A stretch of DNA of 64,000 nucleotides from Mustelus asterias. Lineage: Eukaryota. The stretch lies in the NCBI RefSeq assembly GCF_964213995.1, contig NC_135801.1, positions 24,862,001 through 24,926,000 of the forward strand, given 5' to 3'. Positions 38,507-50,962 of the stretch are shown here, piece by piece. Position numbers and translations under genes: made by a program. Below the pieces are notes generated by a model, which was not told the origin of the DNA, did no database searches, and saw nothing but the letters and a program-made list of their open reading frames with translations. Position 1 is the stretch's first letter. Each line of letters opens with the position of its first letter.

Positions 38507-38714
38507 CCCCCACAGCTTGCCTCCTGGACTTGCAGAATTTCACAAGCTGTTCTGTCTGGAGACAATACACATCTCTTTAACCTGTGTTGAATGCTCCCTC
38601 CACCCACATTGTCTGTACATTTAAGACCTGGCTGGCTGTAGAGATTTGCATTCTAATCAGTATTCTGTAATTTGATTTCTGTGTCTGTGCCCTGTTTGAG
38701 AACAGATATCCACT

Positions 38715-38751
38715 CCATCTGATGAAGGAGCTGTGCTCTGAAAGCTTATGG
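38715..38751 (+). ncRNA. Minimal type I hammerhead ribozyme motif
   Basis: ccat CTGATGA a ggagc-tgt-gctct GAAA gc TT atgg. Confidence 0.7.
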
Positions 38752-38819
38752 TATTTGCTACCAAATAAGCCTGTTGGACTTTAACCTGGTGTTGTGAGAC
38801 TTCTTACGATGTATAAGGG

Positions 38820-39400
38820 ACCAGAATTAGAATGATCCTGTTGAGAGGTTCCAAAGGATTGGATGAAGATTTCAGTGGCAGATGAACTGATGCAAGGATG
38901 GAGATGGTCAAATTATGAAGATGGAGTTCAATGGTATCGGTGATGAGCAGCATATGAGATCGGAACCTCAGCTTGGTCTGAAATATGACATCATGATTTT
39001 CAATAGTATGGTGGGTTAACCTAACTCGCATATCTTTAGAGCGTGGGAGGAAACCAGAGCATCCGGAAGAAAACCACACAGACACGGGGAGAACACACAA
39101 ACTCCACATAGTTACCCAATGCCAGAATTGAACCCAGGTCTCTGGTGCTTTGAGACAGCAGTGCTAACCATTGTACGACCATGCCGCCTTCACTCAGGAA
39201 GGGAACTTAGCCAGCGAAAGGGATGGAGCCAACAGATGGAACAGAGTTGCGGTGGAGGACAAAAACAGCGACAATTATTCCCAGTACTTAATTTGATGAA
39301 ATGTATGTTTGTATCCTCTAAGCCATTTTTGGAAATGTCAAATCATCAGTGCCTTCGGCAATTTACACATCTCATTAGAAAGTGTTAGTGTGGTGTCATG
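38820..39400 (-). mobile_element. Old L2 fragment interrupted by a V-SINE 5' half (39013-39190, minus)
   Basis: Similar to 12700-12830; SINE part has a clear V-domain. Confidence 0.55.
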
Positions 39401-40759
39401 ACTGGGTGAATGTTGTGCCAACACTCAGTGCCACCTTGTGCATTTCTGCAAATGCTGTAAAAGCATTTGAGGTGCAGTGTAATCAGGTATAAAGCTGCCT
39501 AATATGCTGCCAGTGATGGATTTATGTTACTGCTCTTTATGGTCATGCGTGCTTAAAGTTAATATAAATTCAATAACTAAATCAATTACAATTAAATGCA
39601 ATTAAGTGTAAAGAGTTGGCACTTGGGCCATTTTTGTTGTAACATGATTGGTTTCATGGATGCTTGGCAGTTTAATGAAAGGTTCTTGTGATAGTTCACT
39701 CGGGGTGTATGCTGCCATGGAGTATGTAATTCTCACCAAGGTGACAGCAATTGAGCAGGAAATGGGTCATGACCCATTTTTGGATTTGTATCCACAACAG
39801 GTGCCCCAACTGGGAAGCCCAGTGCCAACCTGAAATCAATCCTTGGGCCCCTTCAAGCTGATTTCCTTGAACTACTGTGTCTGTCACACTTTCACAGGTA
39901 GCCTGAGTATTTTACTAAGGTGAAAATAGGGCTGCTTGCCCCATTCTAACTAACCCATATGTCCTGGGAGGTGGTTTGAGTGGTGGGTGGGGATAGGAAG
40001 GGGCATAGGCCAATTTGGGAATAAGATTGTGTGGGCTGTAGTGTTGGGATGCCTTGTCCTCTTTCCACAGGAACGCTTTTCCAACTCCTTTTTGTTAAAA
40101 AGCAAATGTAATGTTGTCAGCAATCCGATGTTTAAACCATAATGGCCACTTCACTCAGCAAAACAAAATTCCAAGTGAACCCTTCAACAGGCATTATCCT
40201 AAGCAAATAATCTAACACCAGTCTTAACAGCTACCCAGAGCATCTTAAAGATGAGCCGCGCCAATTTAGCAGTGGCACGAACCATTTGCAAAGGCAATGC
40301 GGTCTATCCCACTGCAAAATTGGATGGCTTTGCACCCAATTTGTACCCAAGAAGTAGGCACAATTGATGCCACATGCAATCAGGAAATCTAGCATCTGAT
40401 CACCTTTGAGGGGTAGGTTCTCCATGCCTATCCCAGAGACCACAATGTCTCTTCTTGGCTTCCTCTATATGGGATACTCATTGGCCTCCCAGCAAGGCAA
40501 GTCCCCTATCCGCCCACCATTGGTTGAATACCAGCAGCAGGGCAATGAGGCTCTTCAGTGGGCATTGATTGAGTTTCAATCGGCATCCAGTCAGGAAGGT
40601 TGCCCACAAGCCTTCTCAACCTGGGTTTAATCGGGGAGGTAGGGGGTGCGGAGATGGGAAAACAGAGAGGCTCCCACCTGGCACCATCCCACCCAATCAA
40701 ATGGACTTTTGCCTCAGAACTCACCTCTGGTTTGGCCATTAAATTCCACCCCATGTATT

Positions 40760-41033
40760 CAAAATCATTGCTAAAAGATCTGGAGGGGAGAGGAGGAAAA
40801 TCTTCTTCAATCAGAGCGTTGTCGGGATCTGGAAAGCTCTGTCTATAAAGGTGTTGGAAGCTGATTCCATAAATCATTTTAAATTGACAAGTACTTAAGG
40901 ATGAGGAACTTACAAAGTTAAAAATAACAAGTGAGGATATTTCACTAAGCACAATTGCTCTTTTGGAAAGCCAGTACAGAACACAACGGACAGGATGGCT
41001 TCCTTCCATGCTGTATATTTCTGTGATTTCTAT
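40760..41033 (+). mobile_element. Old CR1 3' end
   Basis: aggaaaatcttcttcaatcagagcgttgtcgggatctggaaagctctg (FFxQRVVxIW); tail remnant. Confidence 0.65.
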
Positions 41034-41955
41034 TAAGTAAATGAATGCCAACTTTTATGAGCAAAATGTTTAATTTGCCATCCCCCTTGCAATTGAAATG
41101 AGAAACATGAGCTCCGAATCTCCAGGGAGGTTCAACCGCCCTTCCTACCATAAATCCCGTAAAAGACCAGAAAGGCTTTGATGAACATTGGTAAAAACCC
41201 AGTAACAGTGAATCTCTGCCAATTGCGTGCGTTTTCTCAATGCCTTTTAATGGGCATAACTACCATCTACCATTTACAAGGCAAATGACAGGCAGTGGAT
41301 GGGGCTTAGTCTTTCTCAAACAGGACTTCCCTCTCCTGGGTCCCCGATGTTGAAATGGGACTCAGTACGACGAGTGAATGGAGGTCACCATGAGACTTGC
41401 AGTCTCTGCAAAAGCTAAAGCAGGCCCCACTGGTGGGGAACAGGCCGAGTGGCCTGAATCGCTAAGGAAGGCAAATTTATTTCTTCTTACAGAATCGTGC
41501 AGTTTGGGATTAACATTCAAGGGACCAAGAGAAATATTGACAGGCAGAGCCTGAGAAAACTAATCCTTACCCACCCCACTGATATACCAAAACTAAAATG
41601 TCCAGCAACATGGGGCAGGTGGGCATCAGATCCATGCCCAGTCTTGTGCTTTGAGCCCACCTTGCTCATATAAATGAGTTGCCATTCCACTGATACTGAA
41701 AACTCCAGCAGGGTCATTGCTAGAGGACTCCACCAAGCATGATCGACCCAAAGGATTTCAGGGTCATGGCTGGAATAACATCATCTCCGAGAAATATTGT
41801 TTGTGGTCTACAGTAAAAAATCGATAAGGGTCCAAGGTCAATGTCGGCTGTGGTTAGATAACAATACTTTATAAATTTTATACTGTTGTGGGTTAGTTGT
41901 GTCGAGCGAAACCCAATAGTCAGAATTTTGCTACAGCCAATGAAGATCGTAAATC

Positions 41956-42258
41956 AAAGTTTAAAGTTTATTTATTAGTCACAAGTAGGCTTGCACTAAC
42001 ACTGCAAATGAAGTTACTGTAGAAATTCCATACTCGGACGCCTGTTCGGATACACTGAGGGAAAATTTAGCATGGCCAATGCACCTAACCAGTATATCTT
42101 GCGGACAGTGTGAGGAAACCGGTGCACCCGGAGGAAACCCACGCAGACATGGGGAGAACGTGCAGACTCTGCATAGACAGCAACCCAAGCCTGGAATCAA
42201 ACCCAGGTTCCTGGCGCTGTGAGGCAGCAGTGCTAACCATTGTGCCACTGTGCTGCCC
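41956..42258 (-). mobile_element. Alternative-tail V-SINE, full length
   Basis: V-SINE head with acagtaacttcatttgcag..aataaataaacttt tail. Confidence 0.88.
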
Positions 42259-44227
42259 CAAAAGAAAACATGGAATAACTTCAGCAAAACACAAAAATAT
42301 AAATCTTTGTAACAACTATTTGAACGCAGAGATGGCCCTGAGGTTCTCAATGGGTTAAAGCTTTTATTTAAGTTTGAGCATGCAAAGCTGAGCTGAATAT
42401 GAGGCTTCATTCATAAGCTAAACCTATCTCTCTATCACGGATTTGTTAATACTTGCAATTAGTTACATTCCACCCTGCCCTCACTAATAGAAATAGTTAC
42501 CTAACTACTGTACTTATTCCTCCACCTATTTTAATTTGAGACTAAAACTGGCTACACTTAATTCTAAACAATGGGAAGGAGTCACCGACTGCTGTTGTGT
42601 TCTGATAGAAAGCAGGCAGTGCCACGTGATTCGCTTGGTCTCCGCAACCAGACACAAACCATAAAAACAGCAAGTGATTATTAACTGTGGTTTGTGGCTG
42701 GCATATGTTTTACAATGGTACTCAACTAGAAATGTAATCAAGTGGCATCAACATTTTTTAAGTGTTCAGCAAATCACGGACAGAATTACATGATATCAAA
42801 TTTTATCATTGAGCTCTCCTTTACAGAATAAAACTTGGGTGTGGAACAATGACCTCGTGGAAGACTAAATGGCCTCCATCTATTTTATAAGTTTGCATGA
42901 TTCTATGACCCAGAATGATTCTCTTTAGCACTTGAAGAACAACCCGATGGAAAATGGTGACCCAGTACCTCAGCTCTCCGCTACACAGTTCCGCCCTGGG
43001 AATTATGGAGCTTCACCCAATATAATGTAATTGGCCTTTATCATAATGTAGTTGGGTCTGGATTTGGTGCAGGTCCAGTGAAAGCATTATGGCAATGGGA
43101 ATTCCCAGTCTTCAGCTGCGCTTTGCTCTCTCCTGGTGCACCCAAATGGAGGCCACCTCAAAGAAAGGTGGCAGTGCTTAATGCCAGGGGCTTTCATGGA
43201 CTGAGAGGACTGCAAAAATCTTGAATTTGCATGAAGCTATCAGGGTTGAAACTTCTATTACCCCTCCCCTCAGGCCAATTCAGGCCCCAATGTCAACAGC
43301 CAGGTGCTCCCAGGCCTGGAGCAATGCTCCTGCGTCCATTTATGATTCCACTGCAAGGGTCTGCCAAAGGAGTCAACAGTACAAAGAGATTAAAAGTGCT
43401 CAGCAAATAATCCAACCCAGGAATGATGGAATGCACTGTTCCACTCACAGGTGCCACACACCAGTGTTGCTTTTTACTGGTTTAGTGCTCTGCAGGAATC
43501 CATCATCATGCATTTTAATGCAATTTATATTAGAAACATAATTTTGCTATACAGTTTCGATGAGGAGAATAATCCATTAAGTAGTTCAACAATCATGGAT
43601 CAACATTAAAATTACGGTGAGGCAATTGTCATTTCCTTGCAATAAAATAGTAATATGTTATGGAATGACGATACTGTTGTTTCTTCCAATTTTTGTCATG
43701 ATGTTAGCAATAGAAATCACACTCCTTTTAGATATATGTATATTTGACCTTGCTATATCATTGTTCCCATACAATCAGCCAGAATAATTTAGCCCTCTCC
43801 ATTTATATCACTACACAACTGCAGCCAATACTATTCTGCAAGGGCAGCACGATGAGGGTATAATTCAGAATCTCATTAAAGATACTTTCATTCACAGTAA
43901 TCTACGAGAGTTATATAGCATTGCTCATGTTAACTGCCTCAAAACAAAACATGGGTTTGCCAAGTTATAATTTGTACATCTGTTTCTTTGGATTATTTAT
44001 TTGACACCAAATAACCAGGAGTTTCTCACACTCTTAGAATATATATAAGAGACAACAAAGAGCAAGTGGGTACCCCACCCTGGTGTGCTGACCAAATTAT
44101 CCCTCACACTACATCACAAAATTTGACTAACTGGTCACTATTTCATTACTATTTCCTTCAGGTCCTCCGGTTTCCTATCACAGTCCAAAGATGTGCAGGT
44201 TAGGTGGATTGGCCATGCTAAGTTCTG

Positions 44228-44725
44228 GTCTGGTTCTGGTCGCCTCATTACAGAAAGGATGTGGGGAAGCCATAGAACGGGTGCAGAGGAGATTTACGAG
44301 GATGTTGCCCGGATTAAGTGGTTTGCCTTATGAGGATAGGTTGAGAGAGCTAGGTCTATTCTCCTTGGAGAGGTGAAGGATGAGAGGTGACCTGATAGAG
44401 GTGTATAAGATGTTGAGAGGTATTGATAGAGTGGATTCTCAGAGGCTTTTACCCAGGGCTGAAATGGTTATCATGAGAGGCCACAGGTTTAGGGTGCTGG
44501 GGAGTAAGTATAGAGGAGATGTTAGGGGTACGTTTTTCACTCAGAGGGTGGTGGGTGCGTGGAATCAGCTGCCGGTGGAAGTGGTGGTGGAAGATTGAGT
44601 CTTTTGAGAGACTTTTGGATAGGTTCATGGAGGTTAGTAAGATCGAGGGTTATAGATGAGCCTAGAAGGTAAGGAAATTGTTCGGCGCAACTTGTGGGCT
44701 GTAGCTTTTCTATCTTTCTATGTTT
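44228..44725 (+). mobile_element. CR1 3' fragment
   Basis: EAIERVQRRFTRMLPG..FFTQRVVGAWN; flanked by ctaagtt / ctaaatt. Confidence 0.9.
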
Positions 44726-44869
44726 CTAAATTGCCCCTTAATGTTAGGGGGGCTAGCTAGATAAATATGTGGGGTTACGGGGGGGGAACTCCTGGGTGGG
44801 ATTGCTTTTGGTGCAGGTTCGATGGGCCGAATGGCCTCCTTTTGCACTCTAGAGATTCTATGATTCTGT

Positions 44870-44996
44870 GGCCAGAACATTACTGTCCCGTCCACTACAG
44901 GAGTTGGAGCGGGTGAGGGGTGGACCATAGAAAGGTCTGTTGACCCTGGGCGGGATTTTCCAAGTTCGGGGCGAGTGAGGCTGGAAAATCCCTATC
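44870..44996 (+). repeat. MITE-like repeat (copy 4)
   Basis: ggccagaac..gaccatagaaaggtc..gggattttcca..tggaaaatccc. Confidence 0.7.
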
Positions 44997-45968
44997 TTTG
45001 ATTCTATTTGTAGGACTTTGCTCTGTGGAAAGTGACTGCTGTGTTTCCTGCATTATAGCAATGATCATACCTCAAAAGTATTTAATTGGCTGTAAAGCAC
45101 GTTGAGCTGCTCCTGTGATCATGAAAGGAGCTATGTAAATGCAAGTTCTTTCTTTTTAAAGCAACTACAAGAATGGCACAAACTCAAATCGCTGTGTATA
45201 AATCAGTACCGGGGACACAGTCAACACTATTTGAACTCTTGTCCATGAACAAGATTAAAACGGCGAGTCAGCGATTCCAAGATTTCTGCTGAACCAGTCC
45301 ATTGAAAAGATTAAAAGGAAGAAAAATCCCATTCACCAGAACTGGGATTTGCCAACAATTTTCCATTTTAACAGTAATAGTGATCATGTTTTAGGCAACC
45401 CTTTTCCATCGAAAGGGAAGGACTCTATTGCTGGAAGAAATGTTGGTAATTATGGATATGTACATTTCATTTACATAATGTAATTATGGATATGTACATA
45501 GGGGAATCTCACAGTAACTTCATTGCAGTGTCAATGTAAGCCTTACTTGTGACTAATAAATAAATAAACTTTTTCCATCATAATGTGAGCTGCAAGAACA
45601 CATTCTGATATAAATAGGCTTTTTGTAATACTATAATGATGCAGGTCGGGGCTAGTTCCCGAAAGCTGGTCCACCTTCTGCATTTTACATTCACTATTTC
45701 CAGTGGATTTCAGGGTGGATGTTTAAAGCTGCAAGTTCATAGATTTACGACTGTATTGTTCCAGAATTATTGTTTTATCTTTTACAGGCTGAGTGTTTGT
45801 TCGGCTCTGCAAATATTTACTCAACAAAACATCTCATGCAAGAACCTAACTTTCAGCGCAACATTCATTTACATGTGAAACCAAGAACATTTAGAAACAT
45901 CAAAAGGAGCTTGGCACCCAACAAATCCATTTTTTTAAAAAATGAATCAAGCCTACCTTCTCACAATT

Positions 45969-46306
45969 GGGCGGCAGGGTGGCACAAATGGACGGCACGG
46001 TGGCACAGTGGTTAGCACTGCTGCCTCATAGCACCAGGGACCCGGGTTCGGTTCCTGGCTTGGGTGACTGTCTGTGTGGAGTTTGCACATTCTCCCCATG
46101 TCTGTGTGGGTTTCCTCTGGGTGCTCCGGTTTCCTCCCATCGGCCAAAGATGTACTAGTTGGGTGGATTGGCCACGCTAAATCGACCCTTAATGTCAGGG
46201 GGACTAGCTAGGGTAATGCATGGGGATAAGGCCTGGGTGGGATTGTGGTCGGTGCAGACTCGATGGGCTGAAAGGCCCCCTTCTGCACTGTAGGGATTCT
46301 ATGATT
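45969..46306 (+). mobile_element. V-SINE with duplicated first 22 or so nt
   Basis: gggcggcagggtggcacaaat ggacggcacggtggcacagt. Confidence 0.9.
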
Positions 46307-46901
46307 GAGAGATTACGTTTAGCAGCCGTGCACCCCAAAAGGGCTCTTACATTACACCAGTATGCACATTACTGACACTGGCACCATCTGATCATTTTCA
46401 CATGCACACTCCACAACTGGATTATCCATCTTTCTGACAGCATTAAAGAATCATTTAAAGGATGCTACAGTTCCATTGCTGCATACAAAAATTTATCCTT
46501 CGGGATATTTCCCTTGGTTTTGGTACTGGCTCATTAATTATGAAGTAAAGCCTGGTCTTCCTCGATTTATGAAAAGAAGAATGGCCGACCCCTAGCCGGG
46601 GAATCAAAGAATGAAAAGCAGTGTAATTCCTGCACTCACAGCACTCCTTTAACTTTTCTAAATTCCTGACAAATTGCCTGTGTTTTGCATGCTACAAGTG
46701 CCATTAGGGAGCCACAATGGCATCCAAGGTGAGCATGCATACTTTGACGAGGATTGTGCCGGACAACATTTTGAAATAACTGTTAACATGTGGGTCATTA
46801 ATATCCACTGGAAACATGCAGTGCAGACAGACTTCGATGCCCGTCAGCTTTCAATGCTCATTTGATGCCAATGGTCCCATTTTAGAACTCAACGCTCCAA
46901 A

Positions 46902-47220
46902 GACGGCACAGTGGCACAGTGGTTAGCACTGCTGCCTCACCGCGCCAGGGGCCCAGGTTCAGTTCCGGCCTTGGGTGACTGGCTGTGTGGAGTTTGCACA
47001 TTTTCTCTGCATCTGCCTAGGTTTCCTTTCGGTGCTCCGGTTTCCTCCCACAGACCAAAGGCGTGCAGGTTAGTGAACTGGCCATGCTCAATTGCCCCTG
47101 AGTGTCAGGGAGATTAGCAGGATAAATATGTGGTTATGGGGATAGGGCTTGGGTGGGATTGTTGTCGGTGCAGCCTTGATGGACCGAATGGCCTCTTTGT
47201 GCACTGCAGGGATTCTAGAT
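46902..47220 (+). mobile_element. V-SINE, full length
   Basis: Head, V-domain, tail. Confidence 0.9.
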
Positions 47221-47699
47221 GACCTCCTTTAATCTCACACAGCTGACTATGAGTTAAACAGCATGAACAGCTTCCACTAACTCTATTTAAAGGGATCATC
47301 AACCACTGATATGTCAATTGATGATTCACTTATTTTGGCATTACAACTCCATGTATTTTTTATACCTGGTTTACATTTCAAAAGAGCATAGGGAGTGGTG
47401 TGGAAGGTGCTGCAGTAATTCTTATTGACTTTAAGCCTTCTGCACAAATTAATTGCACCCAGACATGAGTGAACTCTTGGCGACCTCTTGGAATCGAGCA
47501 TGGCTGGGAGAATGAGCAGGGGCCACCAGAGCAGGATGAGGAAGAGGGAGGAGGAGGAGAAGCAGGAGAAGGGCTCTGAACAGGGGACCATATCAGTATA
47601 GGGCATCCATAATTTCCAGTCCTGTGTAGCTTAAGGTGATCGCTAATCCTCTCTATTGAAAGAGATGCAACTCCATTTAATTTCTACTTGCCAGAGATA

Positions 47700-48380
47700 A
47701 GCAGGTGGAATGAGCAAGGATTTGGAAGGTTTACTGGTTTCCCCGTGGTGTGCCAATAAACCGCGTGCAGTTTGCATTGCAGATGCCGTATGTCAACTCT
47801 GCCATATATCAGAACCAAAAAGAGATTCCCACTTCCTCAGCAATGCTGTTGTGTACCATGGATGTGCATCATGCATATCAATGCCTGGTCTCCTGGCAAC
47901 TGTCAGGAGGCCTTCCTTTTACAGCAGCCTGCTGTGCCAGCTCAATTTCAACCACGGCTGCAAACCAAAGAGTGGCTACGGGCCGACAAGGACTATCCGC
48001 TGATAACATGGCTCCAGACTCCAGTTTGTAATGCACACACACGTACACAGCATGCATACAATGAGAGTCATGCTGTCACAAGTAATGTGACAGAGCTGAA
48101 ACAACAATTTCACTGCCCAAGCTGCTCTGCAACCTTGTGATACTCGGCTGAGTGGCTCTTACGATTTCTGGTGAAATGCTGTATTGCCATACGGAGCAAA
48201 CTGTGCCTTTCATTACCCATCAACTGAGAAACTGGAGAGGAACATAAAGAGGAGAATGTGAAAGAGGAGGAGGAGGAAGAGAAAGGTGGTGGGGGTGGAG
48301 GGGGCGGGGCGCTGTTGGTTGGTTTGGGACAACAACCTATGAAACCCTTTTTATCCCAGACTGTACACAGTGAAATAATT
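47700..48380 (+). pseudogene. Second Harbinger transposase remnant
   Basis: IMHINAWSPGNCQEAFLL..WLRADKDYPLITWLQTP..YNESHAVT..LKQQFHC, then an acidic tail. Confidence 0.75.
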
Positions 48381-48965
48381 CAATATGGTACCAGTAATCT
48401 CAATCAAACTCCCATTGATCAAAAGTTCCGCACTCCATACCGATATCACTGACCAAGACTTCATCCTCTTGGTCACAATGCAAAAATAAAAGCAACACAA
48501 TATAAATATTTAAATCAAACTAATCAATTAAATTATGCCATATCACATTCAAATTTAAACTAATCACTGCATTCACTCTATACCCATCTTCCATTGACAA
48601 ACGGTATTAACGGCAAGCTATAGACAGAATAAGTGATTCCAAAACCAGTGGATCAGATCTAAGCTCTGCAGTCCTGCCACGTCCAATTGTGAACAGTTGT
48701 GGACAATTAAACAACTGACTGCTAGAGGAGGCTCCACAAATATCCCCATCCTCAATGATGGGAGAGCCCAGCACATCGGGGCTTAAGATAAGACTGAAGC
48801 ATTTGCGATCATCTTCAGTCATGAGTGCCAAGTGGATGATCCATCCCAGCCTCGTCTGAAGGACCCTGTCATCCCAGATGCAAATTTCATTCACTCCACG
48901 TGATATAATTAAATGGCTTAAGTCACTGAATACTTCAAAGGATATGGGCCCTGACAACATTCCGG

Positions 48966-49247
48966 CGTGGTGGCACAGTGGTTAGCATTGCTGCCTCACA
49001 GCGCCAGGGACCCAGGTTCGATTCCCGGCTTGGGTCACTACCTGCATGGAGTTTGCATGTTCTCCTTGTGTCTGCGTGGGTTTCCTCCGGATGCTCCGGT
49101 TTCCTCCCACATTCTGAAAGACGTGCTGGTTAGGGGCATTGACCCGAGCAGGTGCTGGACTGTGGCGACTAGGGGAATTTCACAGTAACTTCATTGCAGT
49201 GTTAATGTAAGCCTTACTTGTGACTAATAAATTAACTTTAAAACTTT
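48966..49247 (+). mobile_element. Alternative-tail V-SINE
   Basis: Head, V-domain and cacagtaacttcattgcag tail. Confidence 0.88.
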
Positions 49248-49260
49248 AGTATTAAAGATT

Positions 49261-49395
49261 AAAGCAAATTACTGCGGATGCTGGAATCTGAAACCAAAAG
49301 AGAAAACGCTGGAAAATCTCAGCAGGTCTGGCAGCATCTGTAAGGAGGGAAAATAACTGACGTTTCAAATCCAGGTGACCCTTTGTCGCTTTGGG
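49261..49395 (-). mobile_element. Short Penelope-type end fragment (second family)
   Basis: Homologous to 7460-7590; 16-bp TSD tttagt(a/g)ttaaagatt at 49245-49260 and 49396-49411. Confidence 0.7.
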
Positions 49396-50962
49396 TTTAG
49401 TGTTAAAGATTTGTGCTCCAGAACTTACCGCACCCCCAGCCAAGCTGTTCCAGTGCAACAACACTGGCATTTACTCAGCAATGTATAAAATTGCCCAGAT
49501 GTGTCCTGTAAATAAAAAACAGGACAACTCCAGTCAATTATTGCTCCATTAATCTACTCTCTATTATCAGTAAAGTGATGGAAGGGTGTCATTAACCGTG
49601 CTATCGAGCGGCTTTTGCTTAGCAATAACCTACTCACTGACACTCAGTTTGGGTTCTGCCAGGACCACTCAGCTTCTAACCTAATTACAGTCTTGGTTTA
49701 AACATGAACAAAAGAGGTTAAATCCAGAGGTGAGGGGAGAGTGACTGCCAGGGACATCAAGACAGCATTTGACCAAGTGTGGCACCAAGGAACCCGAGAA
49801 AAACTGGAGTCAATGGGAATCAGGGGAAAACTCTCTGCTGGTTGGAGTGATACCTGGCACAAAGGAAGATGGCTGTACTTGTTAGAGGTCACTAATCCCA
49901 GATCCAGGATATCACTGCAAGTGTTCCTCGGGATAGTGCCCTAGGCCCAAGCGTCTTCAGCTGCTTCATCAATGACCTTCTCTCCATCACAAGGAAGGGG
50001 GAAAGACATAAATGGAACATTTTGAAAAATGTCAGCAACCATGACATTCCAGACGCCCAACTCAAATGCTCTGTTAGACCAGCTTGTCATCATCCTGATT
50101 CTGAAAAATGGAACTTCAATAGTACTGATTCTGAATCTGGGGCCAAACATTTTTCAGAATCAGGATGAAACAATTTCCTCTATTTTAAACACAGATGTCC
50201 ATCATGCAGTCGATAATAAAACCCAGAGGCTTGATGTAAGTGGATGTGGATGTCGTGTATCTGGATTTCCAGAAGGCATTTGACAAGGTGCCGCACCAAA
50301 GACTGCTACATAAGATAAAGGTGCTCAGTGTTACAGGTAATATATTAGCATGGATGGAGGATTGGTTAACTAACAGAAAGCAAAGAGTGGGGGTAAATGG
50401 GTGTTTTTCTGGTTGGCGATCAGTGACTAGTGGTGTGCCTCAGGGATCAGTATTGGGACCGCAATTGTTTATGATTTACATGGATGATTTGGAGTTGGGG
50501 ACAAAATGTGGTGTGTCAAAATTCACAGATGACACTAAAATGAGTGGCAGAGCAAAGTGTGCAGAGGACGCTGAAAGTCTGCAAAGGGATATAGATAGTC
50601 TAAGTGAGTGAGCGAGGGTTTCGCAGATGGAGTGACAATGTTGGTAAATGTGAGGTCATCCATTCTGGCAGGAATAACAGCAAAATGGACTATTATTTAA
50701 ATGGTAAAAAATTGCAGCATGCTGCTGTGCAGAGGGACCTGGGTGTCCTTGTGCAAGAATCACAAGGAATTGGTTTGCAGGTGCAGCAGATAATTAAAAA
50801 GGCAAATGGAATTTTGTCCTTCATTGCTAGAGGGATGGAGTTTAAAAAACAGCGAGGTTATGTTGCAGCTGTATAGAACATAGAACATAGAACATAGAAA
50901 GCCACAGCACAAACAGGCCCTTCGGCCCACAGGTTGCGCCGATCACATCCCCACCTCTAGGC

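Larger units (their letters stand above)
37707..38807 (+). mobile_element. Penelope-like (Neptune-type) retroelement, 5'-truncated
   Basis: RT thumb, Cys linker PCHSNLCKTC, GIY-YIG domain, 3' UTR; 12-bp TSD gatgtataaggg at 37695-37706 and 38808-38819. Confidence 0.93.
44050..45158 (+). mobile_element. Deu-SINE (44050-44154 and 45004-45158) containing a nested V-SINE (44155-44222 and 44726-44867), CR1 and MITE
   Basis: ctattt at both junctions; the Deu core continues across the gap. Confidence 0.65.
48610..49990 (+). mobile_element. CR1/L2-group LINE RT fragment of a different family, interrupted
   Basis: gggccctgacaacat (GPD), QFGF, DIKTAFDQVWHQG, FSCFINDL. Confidence 0.8.

Noticed and set aside
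45447-45499. 20-bp direct repeat gtaattatggatatgtacat
   Set aside because: Two copies only; most simply a local duplication next to a SINE tail fragment
1258-49188. Recurrent short ORFs such as VAQWLALLPHS..CLCGVCTFSPCL
   Set aside because: Translations of V-SINE copies, not a gene family
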